Shown here piece after piece: positions 29,961 to 43,659 of a stretch of DNA of 64,000 nucleotides (positions within the stretch are counted from its first letter, which is position 1; each line of letters starts with the position of its first letter). Under the pieces are notes generated by a model. It was not told the DNA's origin, searched no databases, and was given only the letters and a program-made list of their open reading frames with translations. This DNA is from Burkholderiaceae bacterium (GTDB lineage Bacteria; Pseudomonadota; Gammaproteobacteria; Burkholderiales; Burkholderiaceae), in the NCBI GenBank assembly GCA_947449305.1, contig CANFRA010000001.1, positions 6,422 to 70,421 on the forward strand, written 5' to 3'. The position numbers and the translations under genes were made by a program.

Positions 29961-30124
29961 TTTTCAAAAAAATTGCCGAGCTTGAGGTCTTAGAGCCTCC
30001 GGATGGGTGGTAAGGCCCAGCTTGAAAATTGGGGTATCGATCTACAAATAAGGCGGGGGTCTACCCCGCCACTTCAAATGGTCTGAAATTAGGCCCGCAA
30101 TCCGATGTGCTCCAAACTGCACAA

Positions 30125-30194
30125 TTGGTAACTTCTTTGGTAACAATAGAAGAAATGGTGCTGCGAGCTATAGTATCCAATGGTCCTTGGCGGA
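30125..30194. repeat. Internal degenerate att junction (arm pair plus partial core)
   Basis: TTGGTAAC at 30125 and 30137 (12-bp period); TTGGCGGA at 30187, offset 43 from the last arm base, the same geometry as 34163/34175/34225. Confidence 0.75.
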
Positions 30195-30213
30195 CACATA
30201 CTCCTCTGCGACC

Positions 30214-31806
30214 CTAAAGTGCCATCTTCAACTTCGCACTGACCATCTGGTTCATGTAACCGGTTGGTGAGAAGACATTGTCATAGCGCACGTTCAGTTG
30301 GAGGTTCTTCTCAAGTTGCCCTGTGATACCTAGGCCTGCGTTATATAACCAGGGGCTCACTTGTAATCCATTAGTAGCAAAGGTAGCACCACCACCAGCA
30401 TAAGCAGAAGTTGCTGATACTTGGTTGTTTAAAGTGTTATACCCTGCTCCAGCATTGGCTGATAGAGTCATCTTTGAGTCTAAGCTGTGGTCAATGCGCA
30501 TATCTGCACTGGGGATTAAGGTGTTGTACGTCTGTTTAGCTACCGACAGATTGAGTACTCCTGCCCCAGATTCACTATAGGCTTGGGATTGAACGGTGGT
30601 GTAGTCCACTCGTACGCTTGGGATAAAGGTGTTTTCCATATCAATCGGCATGAGGTACTTCACTCCAGTGCCTAAATGGCCGCTATAGCTGTTGTAGTTA
30701 CCATTGGCATTGGTTCCCATAAAGGTGATGTTGCGATACTCTTTATTTTGGTTGATGCCGATATCAGCCTGCGCATTGGCAATGATGTTCTTTTCAATGG
30801 CGTAATCACCGTAAAGGCCAACTTGATAGCTATTAATAGTGACTCCACTAGGGGCAGTATTGCTATTACTACTCACACCACTATTGGATAAGGCAAGCAC
30901 AGCGCCGATGTTCAGTTTTGGCGTAAAGCCTTGGTCAATACCAATGGCTAGGCCGCCAGTGTTTACTTTATAACCAGCAACACCGTTCACATCAGCTTGG
31001 TTAGCCCAGCTACCAAAACCCTTCATCCACACATCGCGGTTACCAATGTACTCATCACCTGAGCTCATACCTCTAAGAGAGTTACTACGTCCTTGCACGA
31101 TTTGATTTAAGGCTTGCATCGTGCCAGTGGTCGCAAGCGACGCTCCACCAGCCATTGCTGGCAAAGTTTGTGCAATAGCATTGGCTTGGGCAGCGCCAGA
31201 AAGATTATTCAATGCAGTAATCACGCCAGACATAGCGCCCGGACTAGCAGATAAGTTATCAAGAACACTTGCAGCCCCAGAAGCAAAGCTACGCAAAGAA
31301 GAAGAGCTGTTAGAGCTGAATGATGGAGAACTACCACCTCCACCTCCACTGGCATCGTCTAGCAGAGAGATATTAGTTAAGTTAAATGATCCATTAGCGC
31401 CATTTTCAAACATAAAACTAAGCACTCTCGACCCCGAAGCAGAACTAGTAATTGCGTAGCTTTTTGCACCCGAAGATAAACTAGGCGCACCCACAAGAGA
31501 TAAAAAAGGGCTGGATAATGAGAGAGCTGCAACTCCAGTTACCGAGTTATTTAAACCAAAACTTAAGGTATACGTGTGCCCATTGGTAAAGCTTATGGAA
31601 TTTGAGCTAGCTCGTAATTGATTTTGACCCATAACAAGACTGGATGATGCAGTTGTCCCAGAAACCGTTCCATAAACATTCGGGCCCATACTGTCTGGCG
31701 TTAGACTGGTAATTAAATTAGACTGGGCATTTGAATTAATCGCAACTAGATTTCCCGCCAAAAGAGCTGAAATGATTGCAATTTTTTTAAAATTTAATGG
31801 TTTCAT
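30214..31806 (-). CDS. Autotransporter (type Va) with short passenger domain
   Basis: Signal peptide, ~125-aa beta-rich passenger, Gly/Ser linker, barrel starting VWMKGFGSWANQ with YSESGAG.LNL motif. Confidence 0.85.
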   Translation of the reverse strand: MKPLNFKKIAIISALLAGNLVAINSNAQSNLITSLTPDSMGPNVYGTVSGTTASSSLVMGQNQLRASSNSISFTNGHTYTLSFGLNNSVTGVAALSLSSPFLSLVGAPSLSSGAKSYAITSSASGSRVLSFMFENGANGSFNLTNISLLDDASGGGGGSSPSFSSNSSSSLRSFASGAASVLDNLSASPGAMSGVITALNNLSGAAQANAIAQTLPAMAGGASLATTGTMQALNQIVQGRSNSLRGMSSGDEYIGNRDVWMKGFGSWANQADVNGVAGYKVNTGGLAIGIDQGFTPKLNIGAVLALSNSGVSSNSNTAPSGVTINSYQVGLYGDYAIEKNIIANAQADIGINQNKEYRNITFMGTNANGNYNSYSGHLGTGVKYLMPIDMENTFIPSVRVDYTTVQSQAYSESGAGVLNLSVAKQTYNTLIPSADMRIDHSLDSKMTLSANAGAGYNTLNNQVSATSAYAGGGATFATNGLQVSPWLYNAGLGITGQLEKNLQLNVRYDNVFSPTGYMNQMVSAKLKMAL

Positions 31807-31877
31807 TTGATCGCTCTATACTTAAGTTATTGGTTGAACATGACCCTCGCATTCTCCTCAAATAGTCAGATTAAAAA

Positions 31878-31912
31878 TACGTCCTAAGGTACTACGTACT
31901 AAGGTACGTAGT
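31878..31912. promoter_or_regulatory. Tandem/inverted repeat in divergent promoter, candidate response-regulator site
   Basis: 15-bp tandem TACGT(C/A)CTAAGGTAC (31878-31907) overlapping the perfect inverted repeat ACTACGTAC-TAAG-GTACGTAGT (31891-31912). Confidence 0.55.
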
Positions 31913-32007
31913 TTGAAGTGCTTAGTGCATTTAATAAAATAAGGCGTGTTACGAGGAGACTCTCCAAATACAATGAAAATACTGACCACCCAAACCAGTA
32001 ATAGCCC

Positions 32008-33432
32008 ATGAATACCTTTGTTTTAGTCTTAGTTATCCCCACACTACTGACTATCGTGTCAGCTAGTACGCTGTATTTTTCGTTTAAAGGACGTGTAGAT
32101 ACGTCGGGTCGTTATTTCTTATTGGCAGAATTTCTTTGGCTGATAACGTTGCTCATTGTTATTGCAATGAATATTCAACCAAGTCTTGTAGTAACTGCCA
32201 GCTTTTTTACTCTATCGGTAGTTACCCTTCTATCTGAGGTAACGATACTATTGAGCATTAAGGCCTTAACTAAAAAGATCACTTTTCGTGAATTAATTTA
32301 TTGGATAGTTTTTGTAGTGATTTACTGCGGATTCATTGAGTATTGCCGATATGCTATCAGCCCTCGATTACCCCTGCTATTTGTCTCATCTTTTTCTCTC
32401 TTCGTTACTTCGATTACTTATTTCGTCTGCAAACAAATTAATGGCAATGGACTGGAAAATAATCTTTTTATTAAATGCATTATTTATACAGAATTGGCAT
32501 TAATACTTATTCACGTATTACGTTTTTCGAGCTACTTTACTGGTACTCCAATGCGGATATTGAATCCCCCTCCGCTAGCTACTATTTTTTTCTCGATTTG
32601 GCTATCAATCAACCTGATTCGTTACTATTCTTATTTAGCATTAAGGGTTAGTTGGGTTGACTCTGAGGCTATCAATATCAATCCTTTGAATCAAAACTTA
32701 GTTAAATTAGCTAATGAGAAAGAACAATTTTTACAAGGATTAATATCATCTAATAGAGCATTAGGAATTAGCGCCCTAGCAAACTCGTTAGCTCATCAAT
32801 TAAGCCAGCCTATTACTGGCATTGTCCTGCAAACCGAATCGGTCAAGCGAGAACTAATTAATCAAGGGCATCAAGAAAAATCAGTACAAATGCTGCATAC
32901 CGTGACAGAACAACTTGGCAAGATATCAGTATTGGTCAATAACCTAAGAAAACTTTTTGGCACTAAGGGATCTAATTTTATGCCCTTTGATATTCAAGGA
33001 GCATGTGATGAAATACTGGAGATTGTCAAACCCACACTCCATTCAAAAAATATCACGCTTACAAAATCTCATAACGCAGTTAACCCAATCATCATTGGTA
33101 ACTCCATTCAAATTCAACAAGTTCTCATTAACATCTTCAACAATGCCATTGAAGCGATTGAAAGTAGCGAAACATCAGACCGAGTGATTGATTTAAGCAT
33201 ATATAAAGATAAATCTTACGCAATCGTTGTCATCAAGGATACTGGAAGTGGAATATCAACCAGGATTACATCGACTATGTTTGAGCTTTATCAAAGCACC
33301 AAACCGGATGGGCTTGGTATTGGCTTATGGCTTAGCAAGGCCATCGTAGATAAACATGATGGCAGCATTACTGTCTCAAACCAACCAACGGGTGGGACGG
33401 CAGTTGAAATCCACCTCCCACTAGCAAAATAA
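32008..33432 (+). CDS. Multi-TM sensor histidine kinase
   Basis: ~7 TM N-terminus; H box LAHQLSQP, N box QVLINIFNNAIEA, G1 DTGSGI, G2 GLGIGL. Confidence 0.9.
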   Translation: MNTFVLVLVIPTLLTIVSASTLYFSFKGRVDTSGRYFLLAEFLWLITLLIVIAMNIQPSLVVTASFFTLSVVTLLSEVTILLSIKALTKKITFRELIYWIVFVVIYCGFIEYCRYAISPRLPLLFVSSFSLFVTSITYFVCKQINGNGLENNLFIKCIIYTELALILIHVLRFSSYFTGTPMRILNPPPLATIFFSIWLSINLIRYYSYLALRVSWVDSEAININPLNQNLVKLANEKEQFLQGLISSNRALGISALANSLAHQLSQPITGIVLQTESVKRELINQGHQEKSVQMLHTVTEQLGKISVLVNNLRKLFGTKGSNFMPFDIQGACDEILEIVKPTLHSKNITLTKSHNAVNPIIIGNSIQIQQVLINIFNNAIEAIESSETSDRVIDLSIYKDKSYAIVVIKDTGSGISTRITSTMFELYQSTKPDGLGIGLWLSKAIVDKHDGSITVSNQPTGGTAVEIHLPLAK

Positions 33433-33455
33433 TTGCTGAGACTATTTAATCTATT

Positions 33456-34094
33456 ATGAATACAAAAGTAGTAATTGTTGATGATGAACCGATCGTTCGC
33501 GCTGGACTAGAGAATTGGTTGTCGCCCAACTATAAAGTCGCTAGTTTTGATTCTGCCAAATCATTTTTAAATGCTTTTGAACGATTTGAGTTTGAAGATG
33601 GAATACCTACTTGCATACTACTAGATTTTCAAATGCCTGAAATGAACGGCGTTGAGTTGCAAGACAGTCTGAAATTAATGAGTACTGAGTTTTCCATCAT
33701 TTTTATGAGTGGCAATGCGCAGCAAGCGGACATTATTGATGCATGGCGAGGCGGCGCTGTTGATTTTATCCTCAAGCCATTCACACCGGAACAAGTTACC
33801 ACTGCCTTAGAGAAGTGCTTTATTGCTACCCAGAAGTTGAAAATCATTCAACCATCCTCGGGCAGTAGTAAAGAAATCCATATTCCCATAACCAAACGTG
33901 AGGCTGAAGTTTTACTGCTTCTTGGAAATGGGTATCAACAATCTGAGGCAGCGAAAATATTAGGAATTTCACTCAGAACAGTGAAGATGTACCGATCATT
34001 TTTAAAAACTAAATTAGAACTTAATACTCTTGGAGAGTTAGTTAGATATTGTCAGCAACACGAACCATCTATAAGAGTGGTAGCTAAATCATAG
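33456..34094 (+). CDS. FixJ/LuxR-family response regulator
   Basis: VDDE, LLDFQMP (phospho-Asp), KPF; LuxR HTH ITKRE.EVL.LL..G....AA..LGIS.RTV. Confidence 0.92.
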   Translation: MNTKVVIVDDEPIVRAGLENWLSPNYKVASFDSAKSFLNAFERFEFEDGIPTCILLDFQMPEMNGVELQDSLKLMSTEFSIIFMSGNAQQADIIDAWRGGAVDFILKPFTPEQVTTALEKCFIATQKLKIIQPSSGSSKEIHIPITKREAEVLLLLGNGYQQSEAAKILGISLRTVKMYRSFLKTKLELNTLGELVRYCQQHEPSIRVVAKS

Positions 34095-34162
34095 ATTAAC
34101 TAATTTGTTATTTAAAACAACCCTGATTACACGCCCAAGAAATAACCCTTCGTAGAATAACT

Positions 34163-34182
34163 TTGGTAACAATTTTGGTAAC
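34163..34182 (+). repeat. Putative integrase arm-type sites next to tRNA-proximal att
   Basis: TTGGTAAC at 34163 and 34175. Confidence 0.7.
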
Positions 34183-34225
34183 AAGGGTGTTGTATCTCTG
34201 CAAACCCTTGTAATACCAATTGACT

Positions 34226-34315
<90 letters not shown>

Positions 34316-34409
34316 GAACCGAAGTGCAATTATAGCTACTGATACATAAAGCCATACGGCTGATATTGGCTTAAAAATTGACTGGCCACACCCAATAATT
34401 TACTTTAAT

Positions 34410-34435
34410 ATAGATATACATTTATGTATATCTAT
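34410..34435. promoter_or_regulatory. Autoregulatory operator of the vapBC operon
   Basis: Perfect 12-bp inverted repeat ATAGATATACAT-TT-ATGTATATCTAT just upstream of the antitoxin RBS. Confidence 0.7.
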
Positions 34436-34448
34436 TTAAGGACTAATC

Positions 34449-34693
34449 ATGAATATACAAATTTCAAAATGGGGCAATAGCCTGGCACTTCGCATTCCAG
34501 CTAGCTTCATCAAAGAAATCAAGCTAAAAGATGGGGACAAAGTTGAAGCAACCCTTTCAAAGGATGGCTCATTAATCATTCGACCTCAAAAATTAGAACG
34601 CAAAGAAATTGCTGCTCAACTAAGAGCATTCAGAGCTACGTTGAAGATGGGCAAATCAGTAATGGAGGAAGTTCGCTCAAAGGCGCGTTACTA

Positions 34694-34694
<1 letters not shown>
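34449..34694 (+). CDS. AbrB/MazE-type antitoxin (VapB)
   Basis: KWGNSLALRIP swapped-hairpin motif; overlaps the toxin start (TAATG). Confidence 0.9.
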
Positions 34695-36453
<1,759 letters not shown>

Positions 36454-37134
36454 CTAGTTTAAGCGCAAGACTTCAGCACCGGAAGGCGGTGTAAAAATGA
36501 AGCGATTTGCTGGTAAATTGACATTCAACTGCATTTTATCTAGGGTCACCAGCACTACACTTCCTAGGCCATCAATCAATTCCAGGGCTTTAGGTAAGCC
36601 GTTAGCCATCCCTACCGAGATCTTGGTATATGGCAGATCATTGCCACTCTTGGTATTGGGATCTTTCTTAGGAGAAAGCGTAACCCACTTCATCCCCAAC
36701 CGCTCCTCACTCTCCACTAGATCAAAATGCTGATCTAAGGAGCTCTCACCAAACAGAATTGCTGCTGGTGTAGCAGCCAACGCTTGTCCGGCTGGACGAA
36801 TGGTGGCTTGATTTAAATCTTTATCCCATAAAGTCAGATGTTTTCCATCGGCAATCAGTTTTTGCTCATATGGCTTTTGGGTATCCCAGATAAATCGTCC
36901 TGGACGCTGAAATACAAAGCGACCTTGCGTCTGACGCACTACCTTTAAACCTTTATCTTGTGGCTCATTTGCTTTGGGTGCACGCAACTGCTGTTGTACA
37001 AAATCACCTTCAGCTGTTTTGGAGTTGCGTACAAATTGACGTAATTGATCAGCGCCACTCTCACTTTGGGAGAAGACTGTGCCTGAAAACAGAATGGCAG
37101 TTCCAAGGATTACTGCAGGTAAGAATCTTTGCAA
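36454..37134 (-). CDS. lolA: Outer-membrane lipoprotein carrier LolA
   Basis: F.Q, RPG.F.W, P.EQ..IADG..L..WD.DL.Q motifs; position after ftsK; TTG start at 37134 preferred over the start overlapping ftsK. Confidence 0.88.
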   Translation of the reverse strand: MQRFLPAVILGTAILFSGTVFSQSESGADQLRQFVRNSKTAEGDFVQQQLRAPKANEPQDKGLKVVRQTQGRFVFQRPGRFIWDTQKPYEQKLIADGKHLTLWDKDLNQATIRPAGQALAATPAAILFGESSLDQHFDLVESEERLGMKWVTLSPKKDPNTKSGNDLPYTKISVGMANGLPKALELIDGLGSVVLVTLDKMQLNVNLPANRFIFTPPSGAEVLRLN

Positions 37135-37144
37135 AATTACTGCC

Positions 37145-40453
<3,309 letters not shown>

Positions 40454-40473
40454 GCGTTAACTGAATGAGTAAT

Positions 40474-40503
40474 AAAAAAGCCTAGCATTGCTAGGCTTTT
40501 TTG
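40474..40503. terminator. Bidirectional terminator after trxB (copy 1)
   Basis: AAAAAAGCCTAGCATTGCTAGGCTTTTTT. Confidence 0.85.
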
Positions 40504-40748
40504 TTTAGAGCATCTAATTTGGCCTGCTCGTCATCTTCTTTTTTGTGGAGTCTTATTTGTACTTCAGTTGTTGTGTCCAACTTATTCTTATCAACAAACC
40601 CTTTAGGGAATGTCTCAGGACTATTAGGGTCTGCAGATATCTTGGTTGTAATTTCATCTTCTGTACTTTCAATCTGATCGCCAAAGAAATCCTCAGAGAC
40701 ATTCGAGTCATTGAGAAAAAATGAGGCCCACTGATTTTTGTTAGCCAT
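40491..40748 (-). CDS. Small hypothetical protein with antitoxin-like fragments, possibly a remnant
   Basis: 85 aa; AAGGAAG upstream; WASFF....VSEDF and DEI...I.ADP...VQIRL segments. Confidence 0.45.
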   Translation of the reverse strand: MANKNQWASFFLNDSNVSEDFFGDQIESTEDEITTKISADPNSPETFPKGFVDKNKLDTTTEVQIRLHKKEDDEQAKLDALNKKA

Positions 40749-40808
40749 AGGCTTCCTTAATAAACTAGTAGTATGGCATTTAAGGTATCACTCAAATAAT
40801 TTGTGGAT

Positions 40809-40838
40809 AAAAAAACGCCTAGCATTGCTAGGCGTTTT
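40809..40838. terminator. Terminator after hppA (copy 2 of the same hairpin)
   Basis: AAAAAAACGCCTAGCATTGCTAGGCGTTTT; 17-bp core identical to 40480-40496. Confidence 0.85.
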
Positions 40839-40862
40839 AGTTTGTTGCTTTGATGCTTTTTC

Positions 40863-42923
40863 TTAGCGACTCATCACTGGTAACAATGGCACGATGAGCA
40901 ATGCCACGATGTTAATGATCTTGATGAGTGGGTTCACTGCAGGGCCAGCAGTGTCTTTGTAGGGGTCGCCTACAGTATCACCAGTCACTGCTGCTTTATG
41001 CGCTTCAGAACCTTTACCGCCGAAGTTACCTTCTTCGATATATTTCTTAGCGTTATCCCAAGCACCGCCACCAGTACACATGGAGATCGCCACAAACAAG
41101 CCGGTCACAATCGTACCCATCAGTAAGCCTCCCAATGCAGCAGGCCCTAACAAGAGACCTACTACGATCGGCGCAACCACTGGCAATAGAGAAGGAATAA
41201 TCATTTCTTTAATCGCTGCAGTGGTGAGCATATCTACTGCCTTGCCGTACTCAGGCTTAGCAGTACCCTCCATAATTCCGGGGATGTCACGGAACTGACG
41301 ACGCACCTCTTCCACAACTGCACCAGCGCAACGACCCACTGCTTCCATCGCCATCGCACCAAACAAGTAAGGAATCATGCCGCCAATAAAGAGGCCAATG
41401 ATCACCATATGGTTAGATAGGTCAAAGGAAACTTGTTGGCCAATACCCTCTAGCGCATGGGTGTAATCGGCGAACAATACCAGTGAAGCTAAACCAGCAG
41501 AGCCGATGGCATATCCTTTGGTAACTGCTTTAGTAGTGTTACCAACGGCATCCAATGGATCAGTAATATCGCGAACTGCTTGTGGCAAACCGGCCATTTC
41601 AGCAATACCACCTGCGTTATCAGTGATCGGACCGTATGCATCTAGAGCAACCACAATTCCTGCCATGGACAACATGGCGGTCGCTGCAATCGCAATACCG
41701 TACAAACCAGCTAACCAGTAAGCTGCAAAAATTGCTGCGCATACAAAGAGCACTGGATATGCAGTGGACTTCATAGAAATACCTAAGCCAGCAATGATGT
41801 TAGTACCGTGACCTTTAGTAGAAGCCTCAGCAATATGCTGCACTGGCTTAAATTGAGTGCCGGTGTAGTACTCAGTGATCCACACCAAGCCTGCTGTCAA
41901 TAGAAGACCTACTACTGTAGAGCCAAATAAACGCCACTGGCTGCCAGGAATGCCTAAAGCATCGTCAGGCATGATGAAGTTCGTCACAAAGTAGAACGCT
42001 ACTAATGACAAACCACCTGCAATGATTAAGCCCTTATACAAAGCTGGCATCACGTTCTTCATGCCAGGCGTTGCTTTTACAAAAGAGCAGCCGATGATAG
42101 AGGCGATGATGGAGACGCCACCCAATACTAGTGGGTAAATAATAGCTGCCACTGGCGCACCAGTCACCATCAAGGAGCCGAGCACCATCGTTGCGATCAG
42201 CGTTACTGCATAAGTTTCAAAGAGGTCTGCTGCCATACCTGCGCAGTCACCTACGTTATCGCCGACGTTATCGGCAATCACCGCTGGATTACGTGGATCA
42301 TCTTCCGGAATGCCGGCTTCTACCTTACCCACTAAGTCAGCACCAACGTCTGCACCTTTAGTGAAGATGCCGCCGCCAAGACGCGCGAAGATAGAAATCA
42401 ATGATGAACCAAATGCCAAACCAATCAGTGGATGCAATACAGAAGAGAGGTCTTGTCCTGCGCCTATCGATACGAGGAACATAAAGAACAAGCCAACTCC
42501 CAAGAGGCCAAGACCAACCACCAGCATGCCGGTAATTGCGCCACCTTTAAATGCCACATTGAGTGCTTCGTTCATACCAACGGTAGCTGCTTGCGCTGTA
42601 CGTACGTTTGCGCGTACTGAAATATTCATACCAATAAAGCCGCATGCTCCAGAAAGTACTGCGCCGACCACAAAACCGATAGCGGTTGCAAAGTCCAAGA
42701 AGAGCGCCATCAAGATAGTAAGAATTACCCCAACGACCCCAATCGTTTTATATTGGCGTGATAAATAAGCGGCAGCGCCCTGCTGAATCGCTTCTGCAAT
42801 CTCTTGCATTTTGGCGTTGCCCGTACTTTGCTTCAAAATCCAGCTGCGCATCACAAAACCGTAAATCACGGCCAGGACACCGCATGCCAAGGCAAAATAC
42901 AAGCCTAAAGTGACATTACTCAT
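40863..42923 (-). CDS. hppA: Membrane-integral H+-translocating pyrophosphatase, K+-independent type
   Basis: [35 protein letters not shown] (Lys variant, K+-independent), GDTVGDP.KDT. Confidence 0.95.
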   Translation of the reverse strand: MSNVTLGLYFALACGVLAVIYGFVMRSWILKQSTGNAKMQEIAEAIQQGAAAYLSRQYKTIGVVGVILTILMALFLDFATAIGFVVGAVLSGACGFIGMNISVRANVRTAQAATVGMNEALNVAFKGGAITGMLVVGLGLLGVGLFFMFLVSIGAGQDLSSVLHPLIGLAFGSSLISIFARLGGGIFTKGADVGADLVGKVEAGIPEDDPRNPAVIADNVGDNVGDCAGMAADLFETYAVTLIATMVLGSLMVTGAPVAAIIYPLVLGGVSIIASIIGCSFVKATPGMKNVMPALYKGLIIAGGLSLVAFYFVTNFIMPDDALGIPGSQWRLFGSTVVGLLLTAGLVWITEYYTGTQFKPVQHIAEASTKGHGTNIIAGLGISMKSTAYPVLFVCAAIFAAYWLAGLYGIAIAATAMLSMAGIVVALDAYGPITDNAGGIAEMAGLPQAVRDITDPLDAVGNTTKAVTKGYAIGSAGLASLVLFADYTHALEGIGQQVSFDLSNHMVIIGLFIGGMIPYLFGAMAMEAVGRCAGAVVEEVRRQFRDIPGIMEGTAKPEYGKAVDMLTTAAIKEMIIPSLLPVVAPIVVGLLLGPAALGGLLMGTIVTGLFVAISMCTGGGAWDNAKKYIEEGNFGGKGSEAHKAAVTGDTVGDPYKDTAGPAVNPLIKIINIVALLIVPLLPVMSR

Positions 42924-43094
42924 GCTTGAACTCCCTAAAGTTGATCCTATTGTTTTATATATCTAGCGCTTAAATCAGCCCAGTTTTTTAAAGCTTTAAA
43001 CTAGCGCTTTAAAGCTGTATCAGTATGTATCAGAATCACCCCTGAGCCTATTTGCTAATATCAGGGTATTTACTAATCACCAATTGGAGTTTTT

Positions 43095-43631
43095 ATGAGT
43101 TTGGACAACGTCAGGCCGGGAAAAAAGATACCTGAAAGCTTTAACGTCATTATTGAAATCCCTATGAATGCGGATCCAATTAAGTATGAAGTTGACAAGG
43201 AAAGTGGCGCGATTTTCGTAGACCGCTTTATGGGTACCGCAATGCACTACCCATGCAACTATGGCTATATCAATAAAACCATTGCTGGTGACGGTGACCC
43301 TGTTGACGTACTGGTCATTACACCATTCCCACTTATTCCAGGTGTGGTTGTAAGCTGCCGCGCACTAGGTGTTTTACAAATGGAGGATGAAGGCGGGCAA
43401 GACGCCAAATTATTAGCCGTTCCAGAAGACAAAATTTTACCGATATATACCCATTGGCAAAAGCCAGCGGATATCAATCCATTGCGTCTTAATCAAATCC
43501 AACACTTCTTCGAGCACTATAAAGATCTCGAGCCAGGTAAATGGGTTAAGGTAAAAGGCTGGGGTGGTGTTGCAGATGCGCATACAGAAATTCTGGAAGG
43601 CATCGAACGCTACAACAAAGAGCACGCTTAA
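43095..43631 (+). CDS. ppa: Soluble family I inorganic pyrophosphatase
   Basis: [27 protein letters not shown]. Confidence 0.97.
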   Translation: MSLDNVRPGKKIPESFNVIIEIPMNADPIKYEVDKESGAIFVDRFMGTAMHYPCNYGYINKTIAGDGDPVDVLVITPFPLIPGVVVSCRALGVLQMEDEGGQDAKLLAVPEDKILPIYTHWQKPADINPLRLNQIQHFFEHYKDLEPGKWVKVKGWGGVADAHTEILEGIERYNKEHA

Positions 43632-43659
43632 TTTATTAGTAAAGGCTTTGTCATTCGAG

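Noticed and set aside
30029-30217. 62-aa ORF at the module junction
   Set aside because: TTG start without clear RBS, and it runs across the arm repeats and internal att; better explained as non-coding recombination DNA
43564-43659. N-terminal extension of nadE overlapping ppa
   Set aside because: The recognisable nitrilase domain begins at GTG 43660; the extension is a longest-ORF artefact (the same applies to the extended starts of lolA, cytochrome c and the 8996 ORF)
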